A stretch of 64,000 nucleotides of DNA from the human T2T-CHM13v2.0 reference genome, Homo sapiens (GCF_009914755.1 NC_060925.1); one strand, 5' to 3'; positions 34,721 to 58,679 are shown, counted from the first letter of the stretch. Notes: a model not told the origin generated them from the letters alone. Translations and numbers: made by a program.

Positions 34721-35410
34721 TAGTAATCTTTTCAAATAATTTCTTTTGATACCATGTTATTAGCATTGCTGTCTTAAAATCTGAAGGACAGAGAATCCAC
34801 TATTATTTTTTAATTTGAGGGACAAACTAGTTAGAGTTTATACTATAGGAAAACTGAAAAGCTAAATGAAAATATATCACCTTCTACAGTTGTATCTTCA
34901 TATCTCTAGCCCAACAACCTGCATTCCACATATTGGGATTGCTATAGGGATAAAGATAAATGGCATAAGAAAAACTGAAAGCAAAATTACCAGGCTTGTC
35001 AAAGGAAAAAGATCTGGAGATAAGAGATACTCCAGATAGCCTAACCATAGCAATTGAAATTAAATTCACTTTGACAATGATGTACTAAGCCTTTACTATA
35101 TTCCAAGCTCCTCTGGGCCCCTTTATTGAAGATAGTAAGATATGGCACCTACCTTCAAGGTATATGTGTAGTACAAGTGAGAAAGGCAGACACCTAATTA
35201 AATTTGTGTGATATGGTAAGCGTCAACACAATGCTAAATGAACAAAGGAAAAAAAGGCAGAGACTAAAACTACAATAGCTAAGCAAAACAGTGTTTGTTT
35301 TGTAGATAGATAAATAGTGACAAACTGATAGGTTGTCAGAGTTTCACTATATATCTTGAGTATTCAACTCAAGTTGTACTCGGTGTTCATTGATTTAACA
35401 AACATTTGCT

Positions 35411-35705
35411 GGCTGGCCATGGCAGCTCATGCCTGCAATCCCAGCACTTTGGGAAACCAAGGGCGGGAGGATTGCTTGAGCCCAGGAACTGGAAACCAGC
35501 CCAGGCAACACAGCGAAACCCTATCTCTATAAAAATTTTAAAAATAAAAAAGTAGTTGGATGTAGTGGCTCATGCCTGTAGTCCTAGTTGTTCAGGAGGC
35601 TGAGGCAGGAGGATCCTTTAAGTACAGGAGTTTGAAGTTGCAGTGAGCTATGACTGCGCTACTGCACTCCAGCCTAGGTGACAGCAAGACCCTGTCTCAA
35701 AAACA
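35411..35705 (+). mobile_element. AluJ
   Basis: J-type dimer inserted in the 3' end of an L2. Confidence 0.9.
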
Positions 35706-36179
35706 AACACATTTGTTGAGTACTTTATATACATCAGCACTAGTTTTGCCACTGAGGCTATATAAACAAATAAGATATGAGCCCAGCCCTAGATGAGCTC
35801 AAAATCAGTAGAGAAGAAAAATACATAAACTAAATAAGTACAACATCATATGATAAGAGCTCACAAAGTTGAAGAAGTGCAGACAAAAAAGGCTGAATTG
35901 AGGAGGGCTTCACAGAGAAGACATTTTGAACTGGGTTTTAAGAAATGAAGAGAAGTTTGTCGGGAAGAAAGAGAACAAAGGACATCTCATGTTCAAAGGC
36001 TTGTGGCTATGAAAGGAAGCAATATATTCAGTAAAAATGTTATAATGTTCGGAGCCTAGGATTCAGAAGACAGTGGTGGAAAAAGACGCTGGGGATGAGA
36101 TTGCGATGAGCCTCATTTGCACCCTAAGGATTTTGAAGTTTACCCCTTAGGCCGCACAGAACCACTGAAGGATTATAGT

Positions 36180-36410
36180 AATATGGTCAAGAGCATTGTC
36201 TGTAGAGCCAGATTACAGATTTCAATTCTGACTGTACCACCAATAGCTGTATAATGTTAGGCAAGTTACTTAACTTCTCTGTGTCTCAGTTTCCTCATCT
36301 GCAAAATAAGGATAATTTCACCTCCGTAGAGTTGTTGTGGGATTAAAGGAATTATGTGAAAAAGCACTCAGAATAGTGCCTGATCCTGTAGTGAGCACCG
36401 TACAATTCTA
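36180..36410 (+). mobile_element. MIR
   Basis: Core ggcaagttacttaacttctctgtgtctcagtttcctcatctgcaaaataaggata. Confidence 0.85.
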
Positions 36411-36867
36411 CTATTATTTTTACTGGAAGATTTTAAGCATGTGGATGTAAACATCAAATTGATTCTAAAGGTTATTTCCTCTGACTTTCGAATGAAGGAC
36501 AGTTTGAAATAGAGATTGCATTGCAGAGAAAAATTGTTTCTATGTATGCATTTAATATTAATTTATTCAGTACCCATCACGTACTAGGCATTTTGCTAGG
36601 TACTAATGATATAATAATACCATCATACTTAACGATGTATAGACACTAATAGACAATTACAAAAGTGTCATGAGTGCAATTTTGATTAGGTTGTTTATTA
36701 TTCATTCAACAAATATGTAAGAAGTGCTTATATGCCAGGCATTGTATTAGGTCACTGGGAATTTGGAGATGACCAAGGGAGATAATAGCCCCTGCTTTTA
36801 TGAAATTTTTAGTGTAGTGGGAGAGAGAAATAATGCACAAGTAAACACAAAAGATAATTCAGGATTC

Positions 36868-37367
36868 TTTTATTTATTTTTTAATTGACAAAAATTGTAT
36901 ATATTTATCATGTACAACATGATGTTTTGAAATATGTGTACTTTGTGGAATGGCTAAATAATGTTAGTTAACACGTGTGTTATCTCACATACTTGTCATT
37001 TTTTGTGGTGAGAACGCTTAAAATCTACTCTCTTAGTGATTTTCAACAATACAATACATTGTTATTAACTATAATCACCGTGTTGTACAATAGATTCCTT
37101 GAATCTATTCCTCTTATCTAACTGAAATTTTGTATCCTTTGACCAACATCTCCTCTGTCACCCTGCCACCCCCAGCCCCTGGTATCCTGCCATCCCAGCC
37201 CACCATTCTACTGTCTGCTTCTACGAGTTCAACTTTTTTAGATTCCACATTTGAGTGAAATCATGGGTATTTGTCTTTCTGTGCCTGGTTTCTTTCACTT
37301 AATATAATGTCCTCCAGGTTCACCCTGGTTGTCACAAATGACAAAGTTTCCTTCTTTTTTAAGGCTG
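36868..37367 (-). mobile_element. 5'-truncated L1MA-type 3' end
   Basis: Antisense L1MA 3'UTR with TSD attcaggat on both sides. Confidence 0.85.
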
Positions 37368-38832
37368 TTATTCAGGATCCTTGATATTCAGTGACAGGAA
37401 CCTCATTCAAACTAGAATAAGAAAAAAAATAGTATAAAAAGTTTAAGGTAGTGCTAACCTCAGCCAATTTCAGTACAAAAGAACTCTTTTGTATTGTCCC
37501 TGTTTTTCTTATCTCAATTTCTGCCTCTGTATTGGCTTCTTCCTCTTCTACTACAGGCAGACCTCTATGGGGCAGGAGGATAAAATGATAATAAAAATAG
37601 GTTTAATATAATAAAAAACTAGAGAATGATTTCTAACAAAAACTTTTATTGTGAAATATGACATACATACAGAAGAATACATATACACATACACATGAAA
37701 TTTAAATAATAAATGGATTTTTTATACTCACTACCCAGAATAAAAATAGAATGTTACCAGTACCTTTGAGATATTCTGAGTCTTATATATCTGTCACACC
37801 TCCAACTCCCACCCTCCACTAAAGGAACCACTATCCTGTAATTACAGCTAATCATTTCCTTACTTTTCCTTATAGTTTTGCCATAAATGTTATAGAATAA
37901 TATATTATTAAATTTCATGTGTTTTAGACTCCATATCTAATCTTTCCTTTTTTGTGCAGTATTGCATTTCTGAAATTCCTCCAGTTGATGTATGTAGCCA
38001 TAGTTCATTGCTTTTACTGTTATCTGGTATTCCATTGTGTGAAAATATCAAATTTTCTGTGGTTTACATTAAGTTTGGAGTGGTTTTCAGCTGTTTCTCT
38101 ATGAAATCTTTATAGAGGCTATACCTAAGAGTAGAATTGCTGCATTATAGGGTAAGTGCATATTCAACCTTATTAAATAATTCCAAATTGTTTTCCAAAG
38201 TAGCTGTGTCAATATATGTTCCCCCAACATATATATAAGTGCACAGATTACTTCATATCTTCAACAATCTTGGCATTTTCAGGCTTCTAAATTTCTGACA
38301 ACCTAATGGATGTGTAACAGTATCTATAGTCTTCCTACCTAATTTTCTTCAAGCCATTGTAGATTCATAGCAAAACTGAGCAGAAAGTACAGAGTCCCAC
38401 TATATTCTTTCCCCCACACAGGCACAGCCTCCCCAACTATCCACATCCTACACCAGAGAGGTGCATATGCTACTATTGATGAACCCACATTGACACATAA
38501 TAATCCAAAATTCATAGTTTACAATAATGTTCACTTTTGGTATTATGTAGTCTATGGGTTTTGACAAATGTGCAATCATGTCATTACAGTATCATACAGA
38601 ATGGTTTCATTATCCTAAAAGTCCTCTGTGCTTCTCTGATTTATCCCTCCCTCTGCTCTAACCCCTGGCAACCCCTGATCCTTTTACTGTTTCCAAAGTT
38701 TTTGCCTTTTCCAGAATAGGCACATTTGTCATATAGTTGGAATCACACAATATGTAGTCTTTTCAGATTGGCTTCTTTCACTTAGCAATGTGCATTTAAG
38801 CTTTCTCCATGTATTTTCATGGCTCGATGGCC

Positions 38833-39248
38833 TGTCTTAGTCTGTTTTCTGTTGCTCATACCAGAATACCTGAAACTGGGTAATTTATTAAAAACGAAAT
38901 GTATTTCTTACAGTCTGGAGTTCGGAAGTCTAAGGTCAAGGAGGGGCACATCTGGTGAAAGCCTTCTTTCTGGTAGGATTTCTGCAAAGTCCTGGGGTGG
39001 CATAGGGCATCACATGGTGAAGGGGCTGAGTGTGCTAGTTCAAGTCTCTTGTCTTCTTAGAAAGCCACTAGTCCCACTCCTGTGATAACCCATTAATCTA
39101 TTAATCCATTAAGCCATTAATGGATTAATCTATTTATGACCCAATCACTTCTTAAAGGCCCCACCTTCTGAATACTGCCACATTGTGGATTAAGTGTGGA
39201 TTAAGTTTCAACATGAGTTTTGGAGGGACAAATATTGAAACTATAGCC
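38833..39248 (-). mobile_element. MSTC/MSTD-like MaLR LTR inside L1MC
   Basis: tgtcttagtctgttttctgttgctcataccagaatacctgaaactggg...acaaatattgaaactatagc. Confidence 0.82.
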
Positions 39249-39829
39249 TAGCCTATTTCTTTTTAGCACGGAATAATGTTCCATTGTATACCATAGTTTA
39301 TTTATCCATTCACCTATGGAAGGACATTTTGGTTTTTTCCAAGTTTTGGCAATTATGAATAAAGTTGCTATAAACATATGTGTGGAGGTTTTTGTATAAA
39401 CATAAATTTTCAACTTATTTGCATGAATACCAGCGAACACAATTATGGGATCTTATGGTATGAGTGTGTGTAGTTTAATAAGAAAGTGCCAATTTTTCTT
39501 CCAAAGTATATCACTCTGCATTTCCACCCGCAATGCATGAGAGTTCCTGTTGTTCCCCATTCTCACCAGCATTTGTTGTTGTCAGTGTTTTGGAGTTTCA
39601 CCATTCTAACAAATGTGTAGTGGTATCTCATTTTAATTTGCAATTCCCTAGTAACATGTGATGTTGAACACCTTTTCATGTGCTTATTTGCTATCTATCT
39701 TCTTCGATGAGGTGTCTGTTCGATCTTTCATTCATTTTTAATTAGGTTATTGATTTTCTTATTGCTGAGTTTTAAAGAATGTAAGTTTTAAAGAACTTAT
39801 ATATAACAAGTTTAAAATATATATTTTAT

Positions 39830-39895
39830 ACACACATGTATATATATACACACACACACACACACACATTATATATATATATAGAGAGAGAGAGC
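39830..39895. repeat. Compound (CA)n(TA)n(GA)n microsatellite
   Basis: Direct observation. Confidence 0.93.
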
Positions 39896-39982
39896 GAGCA
39901 ATAATCCTTTATCAGATATGTACTTTGCAAATATTTTTTCCCAGCCCATGGCTTGTATCTCTTGGTATTTCACTGTAGTTTG

Positions 39983-41425
<1,443 letters not shown>

Positions 41426-41497
41426 GTGCTGGATTGTAGGAATGAGTCACCATGCCCAGCTGTAATTAACTTTATAGAAGCCTTGCACATCTTATTT

Positions 41498-42105
41498 TGT
41501 TACCAAGCAATGAGCATTCTGTCTGACATGCATAGAAACCAATACTATGGCACCAGCTTTTTAGAAAAGAAAAAGCTTCATTGTAAGGTCAACTGGGCAA
41601 GGAGTTAGAAGGCAATGCTCAAATATGTCACCCTGAGCTGGAGTCTGGGAGCAGATTTGAAAGACAGAGAGTAACTATGAAGGAGATAGAAAAATGTAAC
41701 TAGGCATGATCTGATTGGGTCCCAAAGAGGAGGTGCCAGGTCATTGGGTTTTAAATTTGTACTTCAGCAAAACAGGAGCTAGGTGCGGTGGCTCATACTT
41801 GTAATCCCAGCACTTTGGGTTGCTGAGGTGGGTGGATTGCTTGAGCTCAGGAGTTCAAGACCAGCCTGGGCAGCATAGCGAGACCCCAGCTCTAAAAACA
41901 AAAAACAAAAACAGGGAACCCCCTCACTTCTTAATTGGGTCCCTGTTCCTCAACTCAAGTTACTTAGGTTCTGCACGTGGTTAATTTTTCCATTCTGGTC
42001 AGCTCTGGGTCACATATCAGGCATGATTGGTTCATCTGGACATGCTCAAGTGTGACTTGCAACCTGGGGGCCCACTGCAACTGAGAAACTCAGTATTTTG
42101 TTACA
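41498..42105 (-). mobile_element. ERV1/MER4-group LTR with an internal FLAM (41778-41911)
   Basis: tgttaccaagc...ccaatactatggcaccagctttttagaaaagaaaaagc resembles the reverse complement of the U5 end of the 16313-17172 LTR. Confidence 0.65.
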
Positions 42106-42175
42106 ATTGCTACTGACAAAGTATAACCAGAGTGAACTGGTTCTATAATTACATTGTTAGTTTTTATTACTGGAA

Positions 42176-42460
42176 TTTTTTTGAGACAGGGTCTTGCTCC
42201 GTTGCCCAGGCTGGAGTGCAGTGGCAAAATCATAGGTCACTGTAACCTTGAACTCCTGGACTCAAAGGATCCTCCTACCTCAGCCTCCTGAGTAGCTGGA
42301 ACTACAGGTACACACCACCATGTCCACTTTAAAAAAAAAATTGTAGAGATAGAGTCTTGCTGTGTTGCCGAGGCTAATCTCGAACTCCTGGGCTCAAGTG
42401 AGCCTCCTGCCTCAGCCTCCCAATGTGCTTATTACAGGTATGAGCCACTGCACCCAACTC
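42176..42460 (-). mobile_element. AluJ
   Basis: Reverse J dimer. Confidence 0.9.
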
Positions 42461-43191
42461 GTATTACTGAAAAATGTATATGTTTGTGCTTTTGTGAAAT
42501 GATTTTAAGTAACCTTTTAATTTTAGAATAATCTATGATTTATAGAACAGTCATGAAGATAATATAAAATTTTCCTATACCCTTCACCCAGTTTTCCTCC
42601 AGTGCTAAAATCTTAAGTTACCATAGTATATTTGTCAAAACTAAGAAACCAACACTGGTACATTATTATTAACTAAACTCCAGATGTTATTTAGATTTCG
42701 CCAGTTTTTAAGTGAATGTACTTTTGCTATTTCAGGACCTAATCCAGGATCCTACATTGCATTTGTTTCTTTAATTTCCTCTGCTCTGTAACTGTATCTC
42801 CATCTTTCTTGTTTAACCTAACCTTTACAGTTTTGAGGAGTGCTGGTCATGTTTGTAAAATGTCCCTCAATTGGGGTTTGTTTATTTTTTTTTTCATTAT
42901 TTATAACTTGGGTTATGTATTTTGGGGAAGAATACCACTGAAGTGAAATTAATGTGATTTAAAAAATATTTTATTGATACAATTTTTAAAATATTTTGAG
43001 ATTAATTACCTACAATAGAATGCAAAGAATTTAGATATTCCACTTAATGAACATTGACAGCTGTATATACATTCAACCAACACCTAAAACAAACTACAGA
43101 ACATTTTTATCACCTAAGAAAATTCTCTCATGTCTGCTTTCTAGTCAATTCCTCTACCCATCCCAGGTATCAGCTTTCTGATTTTTTGTCA

Positions 43192-43499
<308 letters not shown>

Positions 43500-43706
43500 T
43501 GACAAGGTTTAGTTTTTATCTGTTCCTAAATTATATATAAATTAAATTATATCTTTTATGTCTGATTACTCTCACTTAATAAAAGTTTTGGGGCTCACCC
43601 ATGTTATTGTGTGTGTTAGAACTTTGTTCTTTCTATTGATAAGTGGTAGTCCATTATAGGAACATTTTATGCATTCTCTTGTTGACGGATATTGGGTTGT
43701 TTTTAG

Positions 43707-44155
<449 letters not shown>

Positions 44156-44310
44156 TAAATTTATAAGAAACTGCTGAGCAGATTTCCAAAGTGATTGTAA
44201 CTTATTTCACTCCCACCAGCAATAAGTGAGAGTTTCAATTTTCCATGGACTTGCCAACATATGGTGGTGTTATTAGTATTTTTAATTTTAGCTATTTTAG
44301 TGGGTGTAAA

Positions 44311-44625
44311 GCCAGGCACAGTGGCTCACTCCTGTAATCCCCGCACTTTGGGAGGCCAAGGTGGGCAGATCACCTGAGATCAGGAATTCAAGACCAGCCT
44401 GGCCAGTATGGCGAAATCCCATCTCTACTGAAAATAAAAAAAATTAGCCAGGTGTGGTGGTGCTTGCCTGTAATCCCAGCTTGTCAGGAGGCTGAGGCAG
44501 GATAATCGCTTGAAATTGGGAGGCAAAGGTTGCAGTGAGCAGAGATTGTGCCACTGCGCTCCAGCCTGGGTGACAGAGCAAGACTTTGTCTCCAAAAATT
44601 AAATTAAAATAAAATAAAATAAAAT
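44311..44625 (+). mobile_element. AluS with (TAAAA)n tail
   Basis: Dimer. Confidence 0.92.
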
Positions 44626-44665
44626 AGCTTTTAATTTATATTTCCCTGATGACTAAAGACGGTGA

Positions 44666-45205
<540 letters not shown>

Positions 45206-45493
45206 CATGCTACCCTTTATAATCACTCCCTCCCTCCCTTTCCCTAGCTCCTGGCAACCAGCGATCTGTTGCCCATCTCTACAATTTTATCATTTCCAGA
45301 ATGTTATATAAATGGAGTCATGTAACATGTGGTCTTTTGACATTGGCTTTTCTTTTGAGATTGTGCAGTGGCACAATCATAGGTCACTGTAACCTTGAAC
45401 TCATGGACTCAAGGGATCCTCCCACCTCAGCCTCCTGAGTAGCTAGGACTACAGACAATTGCCACCACACCCCGGGAGACCCAGTTTAATACC

Positions 45494-45863
45494 TGTCTTA
45501 TTCATTTCAGGCTGCTATAACAAAAATAACATAGATTGGGTGGCTTAAACAACTTTTATTTCTCACAGTTTTGAAGGCTGAGAAGTCCAAGATCAAGATG
45601 CTGAAAGATCCGGTTCTGGTGAAGGCCCTCTTCCTGATTTGGAGATGGCCTTTTTCTTGCTGTGTTTTCAGATGGCAGGGAGCAGAGAGAGCAAGAGCGC
45701 ACTTTCACATCTCTTCTTATAAAGGCACTAATTCCATTCATGAGAGTCCAAGTCCTCATGTCTTAATTACTTCCCAAAGGCTCCACCTCCTAATATCATC
45801 ACATTGAGGGTTAAGATTTCAGTGTATGAATTTTGAGCTGACACATACATTCAGTCGATAATA
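45494..45863 (-). mobile_element. MLT1A/MLT1A0 MaLR LTR
   Basis: tgtcttattcatttcaggctgctataacaaaa...acatacattcagtcgataata. Confidence 0.85.
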
Positions 45864-46801
45864 ATATCCATACAATCCCTCCAAGTTGCTGCATCAATAG
45901 TTTGTTCTTTTTCATGGCTGAGTAGTATAACATTGTGTGTTATACTAATGATTAAATCACAGAGTTTAATCATTTATGCATTGAGGGATATTTGAGATGT
46001 TTCCAGTTTGCAGCTTGCACATAAAGGGCCACAAACATTCATGTACAGGTTTTTCTGTAGAGATAAGTTTTCATTTCTCTAGAATAAATGCCCAGGAATG
46101 CAGTTTCTGGGTCATATATTTAATGCCCAGGAATGCAGCTTCTGGTAAGAGTATATTTAACTTTTAAGAAACTGTCAGACTTCATTCCAGAGTAACTGTA
46201 CCATTTTACATTTCCAACAGTAATGTATGAGAGATCCAGTTTCTTTCTTTCTTTTTTTTTTTTTAAGAGACAAGGGCCTTGCTATGTTGCCCAGGCTGGA
46301 CTCTTAACTCCTGGGCTCAAGTGATCCTCCCACCTCAGTCCCCTGAGTAGCTGAGACTACAGACATGTGCCACTACACTCCAAGAAATGCAGTTTCTAAG
46401 CATCCTTGCCGGCATTTGATACTATCTATATTGTTTATTTTAGCCATTTAAAACTATGTGTTTTCATATATGATATATGTGTCCAATTTCATTCACATGC
46501 AATGGATATCTCATTGTCCCAACATCATTTGTAGAAAAGTCTTTTTTTCCCATTCCATTGTCTCAGCACACTTATCAAAAATCAGTTGACTGTAAGTGTG
46601 AGCATTTATTTCTGGACTCTGAGTTCTATTTCATTGATGTATATGTCTCATACCAACACCATGCTGTCTTGATTATTGTAGCTTTGTAGTAAATTTTAAT
46701 ATCAGGAAGTATGAGCCTTCCAGTTTTGTTCTTTTTCAAGATTATTTTGACTATCATAGTTTTACATCTTACATTTCTATGTTTGGTCCATTTTTAGTTA
46801 A

Positions 46802-47124
<323 letters not shown>

Positions 47125-47709
47125 TGAGGTTTAGGTCAAGGTTCATTTGTGGCAGTACGCATGTCTAATTGTTCCAGTATTATTTGTTGAAAAAGTAAAC
47201 ACAATGAATTGCTTTGCTTTGCATCTGTGAATTGCTTTTGCAATTCTTCTCCTGTCTATGGCAGTTCCTCTTCCTCCTCCTTTCTCCATTTTAGTCAGTG
47301 GTAAGAGCTACTGTAGATGTCTTCTCTCTTATTAAGAGTTTGTCACTTTCTGGAGTTTCGTTTTTTGTTTTATTTTTAAAAGATGATTATTGGCTGGGCT
47401 TGGTGGCTCACACCTATAATCCTAGCAGTGTGAGAAGCTGAGGTGGGAAAATCATTTGAGCCCAGGAGTTTGAGACCAGCCTGGGCAACAAAGCAAGACA
47501 TCATCTCTAGCAAAAAGAAAGAGAGAGAGAGAGAGAAAGGAAGAAAAAAAATTTAAAAAGATAGTTAAGCTTATCCATATTGCTTGTGTCATTAGAGTAA
47601 GAGCAATGGTCTTTTACAACTTTCTACATTTAAACCTAAAATAAGCAATGATTGGCCATGGATTGCTGGCCAGTAGAAATAGTCGTTTTCTGGCTAGTAC
47701 ATAGAAATG

Positions 47710-54135
<6,426 letters not shown>

Positions 54136-54249
54136 AAATCTTATTTATGTTTGTACATTACTTATTTTTATTTTTAAAATTGTGATAAAATACACATAAC
54201 AAAATTTACTATTTTAACCATTTTGAAGTGTACAATTCAATAGCATTAA

Positions 54250-54886
<637 letters not shown>

Positions 54887-54990
54887 CATGATGTCTTTTC
54901 TTTTACATATGGATGATTTGATTTGCTAATATTTTACTTACATTTTTTACATGTCTGTAAATGAATGAAATCAGCCTCAAATTTCCTTTC

Positions 54991-55302
54991 TTTTTTTTTT
55001 CTTTTTCTTTTTTTCCCAGAGACAGAGTCTCACTCTTGCCAACCAGGTTACAGTGGAATGGTGTGATTATAGCTCACTATAACCTCAAACTCCTGGGCTC
55101 AAGCAATACTCCCACCTCAGCCTCCCGAATAGCTGGGATTACAGGTGCTCGCCACCACACCCGGCTAATTTTTGTATTTTTAGTAGAGACGGGCTTTCAC
55201 CATGTTGGCCAAGCTGGTCTCAAACTCCTGACCTCAGATGACCCTCCCACCTTGGCCTCCCCAAAGCACTGGAATTACAGACATGAGTTACTGCACCTGT
55301 CC
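54991..55302 (-). mobile_element. Alu (J/S-like)
   Basis: Reverse dimer. Confidence 0.88.
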
Positions 55303-55649
55303 AAATTTTCTTTCCTATACTGTGCTGTCAGACCTTTGTATCAAGGTTATGCTAGGTTCATAAAATGAAAATGATTGGGGAGGGTTTCTTCTTTTTCTGT
55401 ACTCTGAATAGTTTGTAAAAGAGTAAAACTATTTGTTTTTTGAATGTCTGTTAGGCTCAAATAGTCTTGGATTTAAACTGCCTTTGTAGGAAAATATTTA
55501 ACTATTAAATCTATTACTTCACAGTGTTGTGTGACAAGGATAATTATTTATATGAAATACAATATAAATGGTGCCCCCTAGAGTTGCTATTGTCTTAGAT
55601 TTTCATTCTTTCATTTTTTAAAACTTGTACGAACCATTATCATCGTTTT

Positions 55650-56018
55650 TGTATTTTTCTCAGTAACACTTCAGTAACACACAAACTCAAAATCTTAGTG
55701 CTTTATAACAACAAAGGTTTATTTCTCACATTACATATCATCTGTGGGTCAGCATTGGCTCTACTTGGCATGTTCTTTTCATTCTGGTATCCAAGCTGAA
55801 GGGAAAGTCTCTATAGAACATCCTATCCTTGTGACAGAAGAGAGATGTGGAACCACAGTGTTGGCCCTTAAAGCTTCTATCTAGAAGTGGTCACTTCTGC
55901 TCATATTTTATTGGCCAAAGCAAATTTCTTAGTCAAGCTTGATGTCAGTGATACAAAAAAAGTATAATTAGCTCACTGAGAATGGCAAATAATTAGGAAC
56001 AGTAATGCGCTCTACTAC
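55650..56018 (-). mobile_element. MLT1I/J-like MaLR LTR
   Basis: aaaatcttagtgctttataacaacaaaggtttatttctc...cacttctgctcatattttattggccaaagc...tctactaca. Confidence 0.72.
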
Positions 56019-57106
56019 ATACAGGTACCATACAGTCAGTGTTTACTTAGATTTACCAACAAATTGATCACTTTCGTTGTCTCACGCCTCAAACACCAAA
56101 CTGTTATTCTGGTATGACTTTTCTGTTTGTGCAAATTACATCCTTCAGAATTTATTTTAATGGGTATCTTTTGGTTCTAAACTCACTTAGGTTTTGGTCA
56201 TCTGAAAATGACATTTTTTATTCTCTTTCTTTCAATGGATTCTAGGTTGACACTTCTTTTCTTTTAGTAGAGGGAAAATATGCCTTCTGGTTTTCATAGT
56301 TGCCACTGAAATAATACTAGCAGTCTAATCATAGTTCGTTTTTGTTCAGTTTTTCTAATGTGTATCTTAGGTTTAGATTGCTTTATGTTTAATGTTGGTT
56401 GTGATTTGTTTGGCTCTATGAATCTGTGGATTTTTGCCTTTTTCATTTGTGTAGAATTGGTATCGTTTATTCCCCACATGGTTGGTATAATTCAGTAGTC
56501 ATCTAGAGTGTCCTTTGTGGAAAAGTTTTTAGCTATGAATGCAAATTCTTTGGTAGACATAGGGCTATTCATGTTACCTATTTCTCCTAGAATGAGTTTC
56601 AGTTATTTGTGCCTTTCAAGGGATTTTCCACTTCATCTAAGTTGTCTAATTTATTGGCATAAAGTTGTTCATGATATTCCCTTATTACTTATTTAATGTA
56701 TCTGATATCTATAGTGATATTCTCTTGCTCACTTCTGATATTTATTTGTTTTCTCTTCCTTTTTCACCCTAATTGTTCTGGCTAGAGTTTTATCAATTTT
56801 ATTAATATTTTCAAAGAACTGTATACTTGTTTTATTGACTTTCTTTGTTGTTTTCTATTTTATTGATTTCTGCTCTAGTTGCATTATTTCTGAGCTCAGA
56901 CTTTTGATAGGTTAGCTCCACCCAATTCAAAGGAATCAGTGATCAGACTCACCCAAAGTAAATTATTGTATCTCAGTAAGGAGAAGTGAAGAGAACAAAA
57001 ATATTTCAAGGAAATAAATTTTCCTCTAGGAAACTAGAGAAACGAGAACTCTACTGAAGTTTTGCTATGTTGAACAGGTGTGTACAGTGATATTAAGAAG
57101 AGATAA

Positions 57107-57407
57107 GGCCAGGGATGGTGGCTTATGTCTATAACCCTCGTACTTTGGGAGGCCAAGACAGCAGGATCACTTGAGCCCAAGAGTTAAAGACTAGCCTTGG
57201 CAACACAGACAGACCCTGTCTCTACACCTCCAAAAAAAAATTAGCTGAGTGTGGAGGCACATGCCTCTGGTTCCAGCCACTTGGGAGGCTGAGGTGGGAG
57301 GATCAGCTTAAGCCCAGGAGGTTGAGGCTGCCATGAGCCCGTGATTGCACCACTGCATTCCAGCCTGGATGAGAGGGTGAAACCCCATCTTAAAAAAAAG
57401 AAAAAAA
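57107..57407 (+). mobile_element. AluJ
   Basis: J dimer. Confidence 0.9.
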
Positions 57408-57735
57408 TCAAGTACTTATAATTAGCCCTGAGGTACTCCAAACTTTAGAGGTTTAGCACTAGTCAGTGTGGTAGAAAGAGAACCAAGAGGTGTCCCAAAA
57501 GCCTAGTGAAGAAGGTGTTTAAGAGGTGGGAGTTATGAACTGTGTCAAATGTGTGTATGGGTGTGTATTTTTATTGTTTCTGAACCACTTAAAAGTAGAA
57601 TGCATATTCTTTTCCTTCACTCCTTAATACTTCAGTGTACATACTAAGAATGAAGATACTCTCTCATATTATTATAGCTTAGTTTTCAAATTAGGGAAAT
57701 TTAATATTGATTCAAATACTCTCATATATATATAA

Positions 57736-57973
57736 TTTTTTTTCTGTTGAGATGGAGTATCGCTCTGTTGCCCAGGCTGGAGTGCAGTGGCACCATCTTG
57801 GTTCACTGCAACCTCCGCAACCATGCCCAGCTAATTTTTGTATTTTTAGTAGAGACAGGGTTTCACCATGTTGGCCAGTCTGGTCTCAAACTCCAGACCT
57901 CAAGTGATCTGCCTGTCTCAGCCTCCCAAAGTGCAAGTGCTGGGATTACAGGTGTGAGCCACAGCACCCAGCC
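57736..57973 (-). mobile_element. AluS with an internal deletion
   Basis: gcaacctccgc joins directly to aaccatgcccagc. Confidence 0.88.
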
Positions 57974-58679
57974 CAAATACTCGCTTATATTTTTAGAGCT
58001 TAGTTTTCAAATTGGGGAAATTTAATATTGATTCAATGTTTTCATATAATCTAAAATCCATATTCCATTTTTGTCTATTATCCCAATCATGTCCTTTACA
58101 GAATTGTTTCCCTTTAGTACAGGATCCAGCCTAGAATCACATTTGCATTTAGTTGTCATGTCTCTTCAGTCTTCCTTATTTAGGGACAATTCCTCAGCTT
58201 TTCTTCATCTTTCATGACATTGGCATTTTTGAAAGTCCACGACAGTTATTTTATACATAATAGGTGGCTCCTCAATTTGGCTTTTCCTCATGATCACATT
58301 TAATTTATCACATCTGAAGGCATACAGTGTTTATCTGTGGATTTTTGCCTTTTTCAATTGCATATAGAATTGGTGTAAATTATTCACCAAATGGTTGGTA
58401 TAATTCACTAGTGAAGTCATCTAGAGTTTCCAATGTGGAGAAGTTTTTAGCTATGAATTCAATTTCTCTGGTAGACATAGGGCTATTCATGTTACTATCT
58501 CTCCTTGAATGAGTTTTGGTAATTTGTGCCTTTCAAGGGATTTTCCACATCAACTAAGTTGTCTAATTTATTAGTATAAAGTTGTTCATGATATTCCTTT
58601 ATTATTTATTTAATGTATCTGGTATCTGTAGTGATATTCTCTTGTTCACTCCTGCTATTATTTTTTGGTTTTGTTTTTT

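Larger units (their letters stand above)
37640..39980 (-). mobile_element. L1ME/L1MC-type 3' fragments
   Basis: Minus-strand peptide HMFIATLFIIAKTWKKPKCPSIGEWINKLWY. Confidence 0.78.

Noticed and set aside
46087-46145. aatgcccaggaatgcag(t/c)ttctgg repeated twice
   Set aside because: Trivial slippage duplication inside an old L1.
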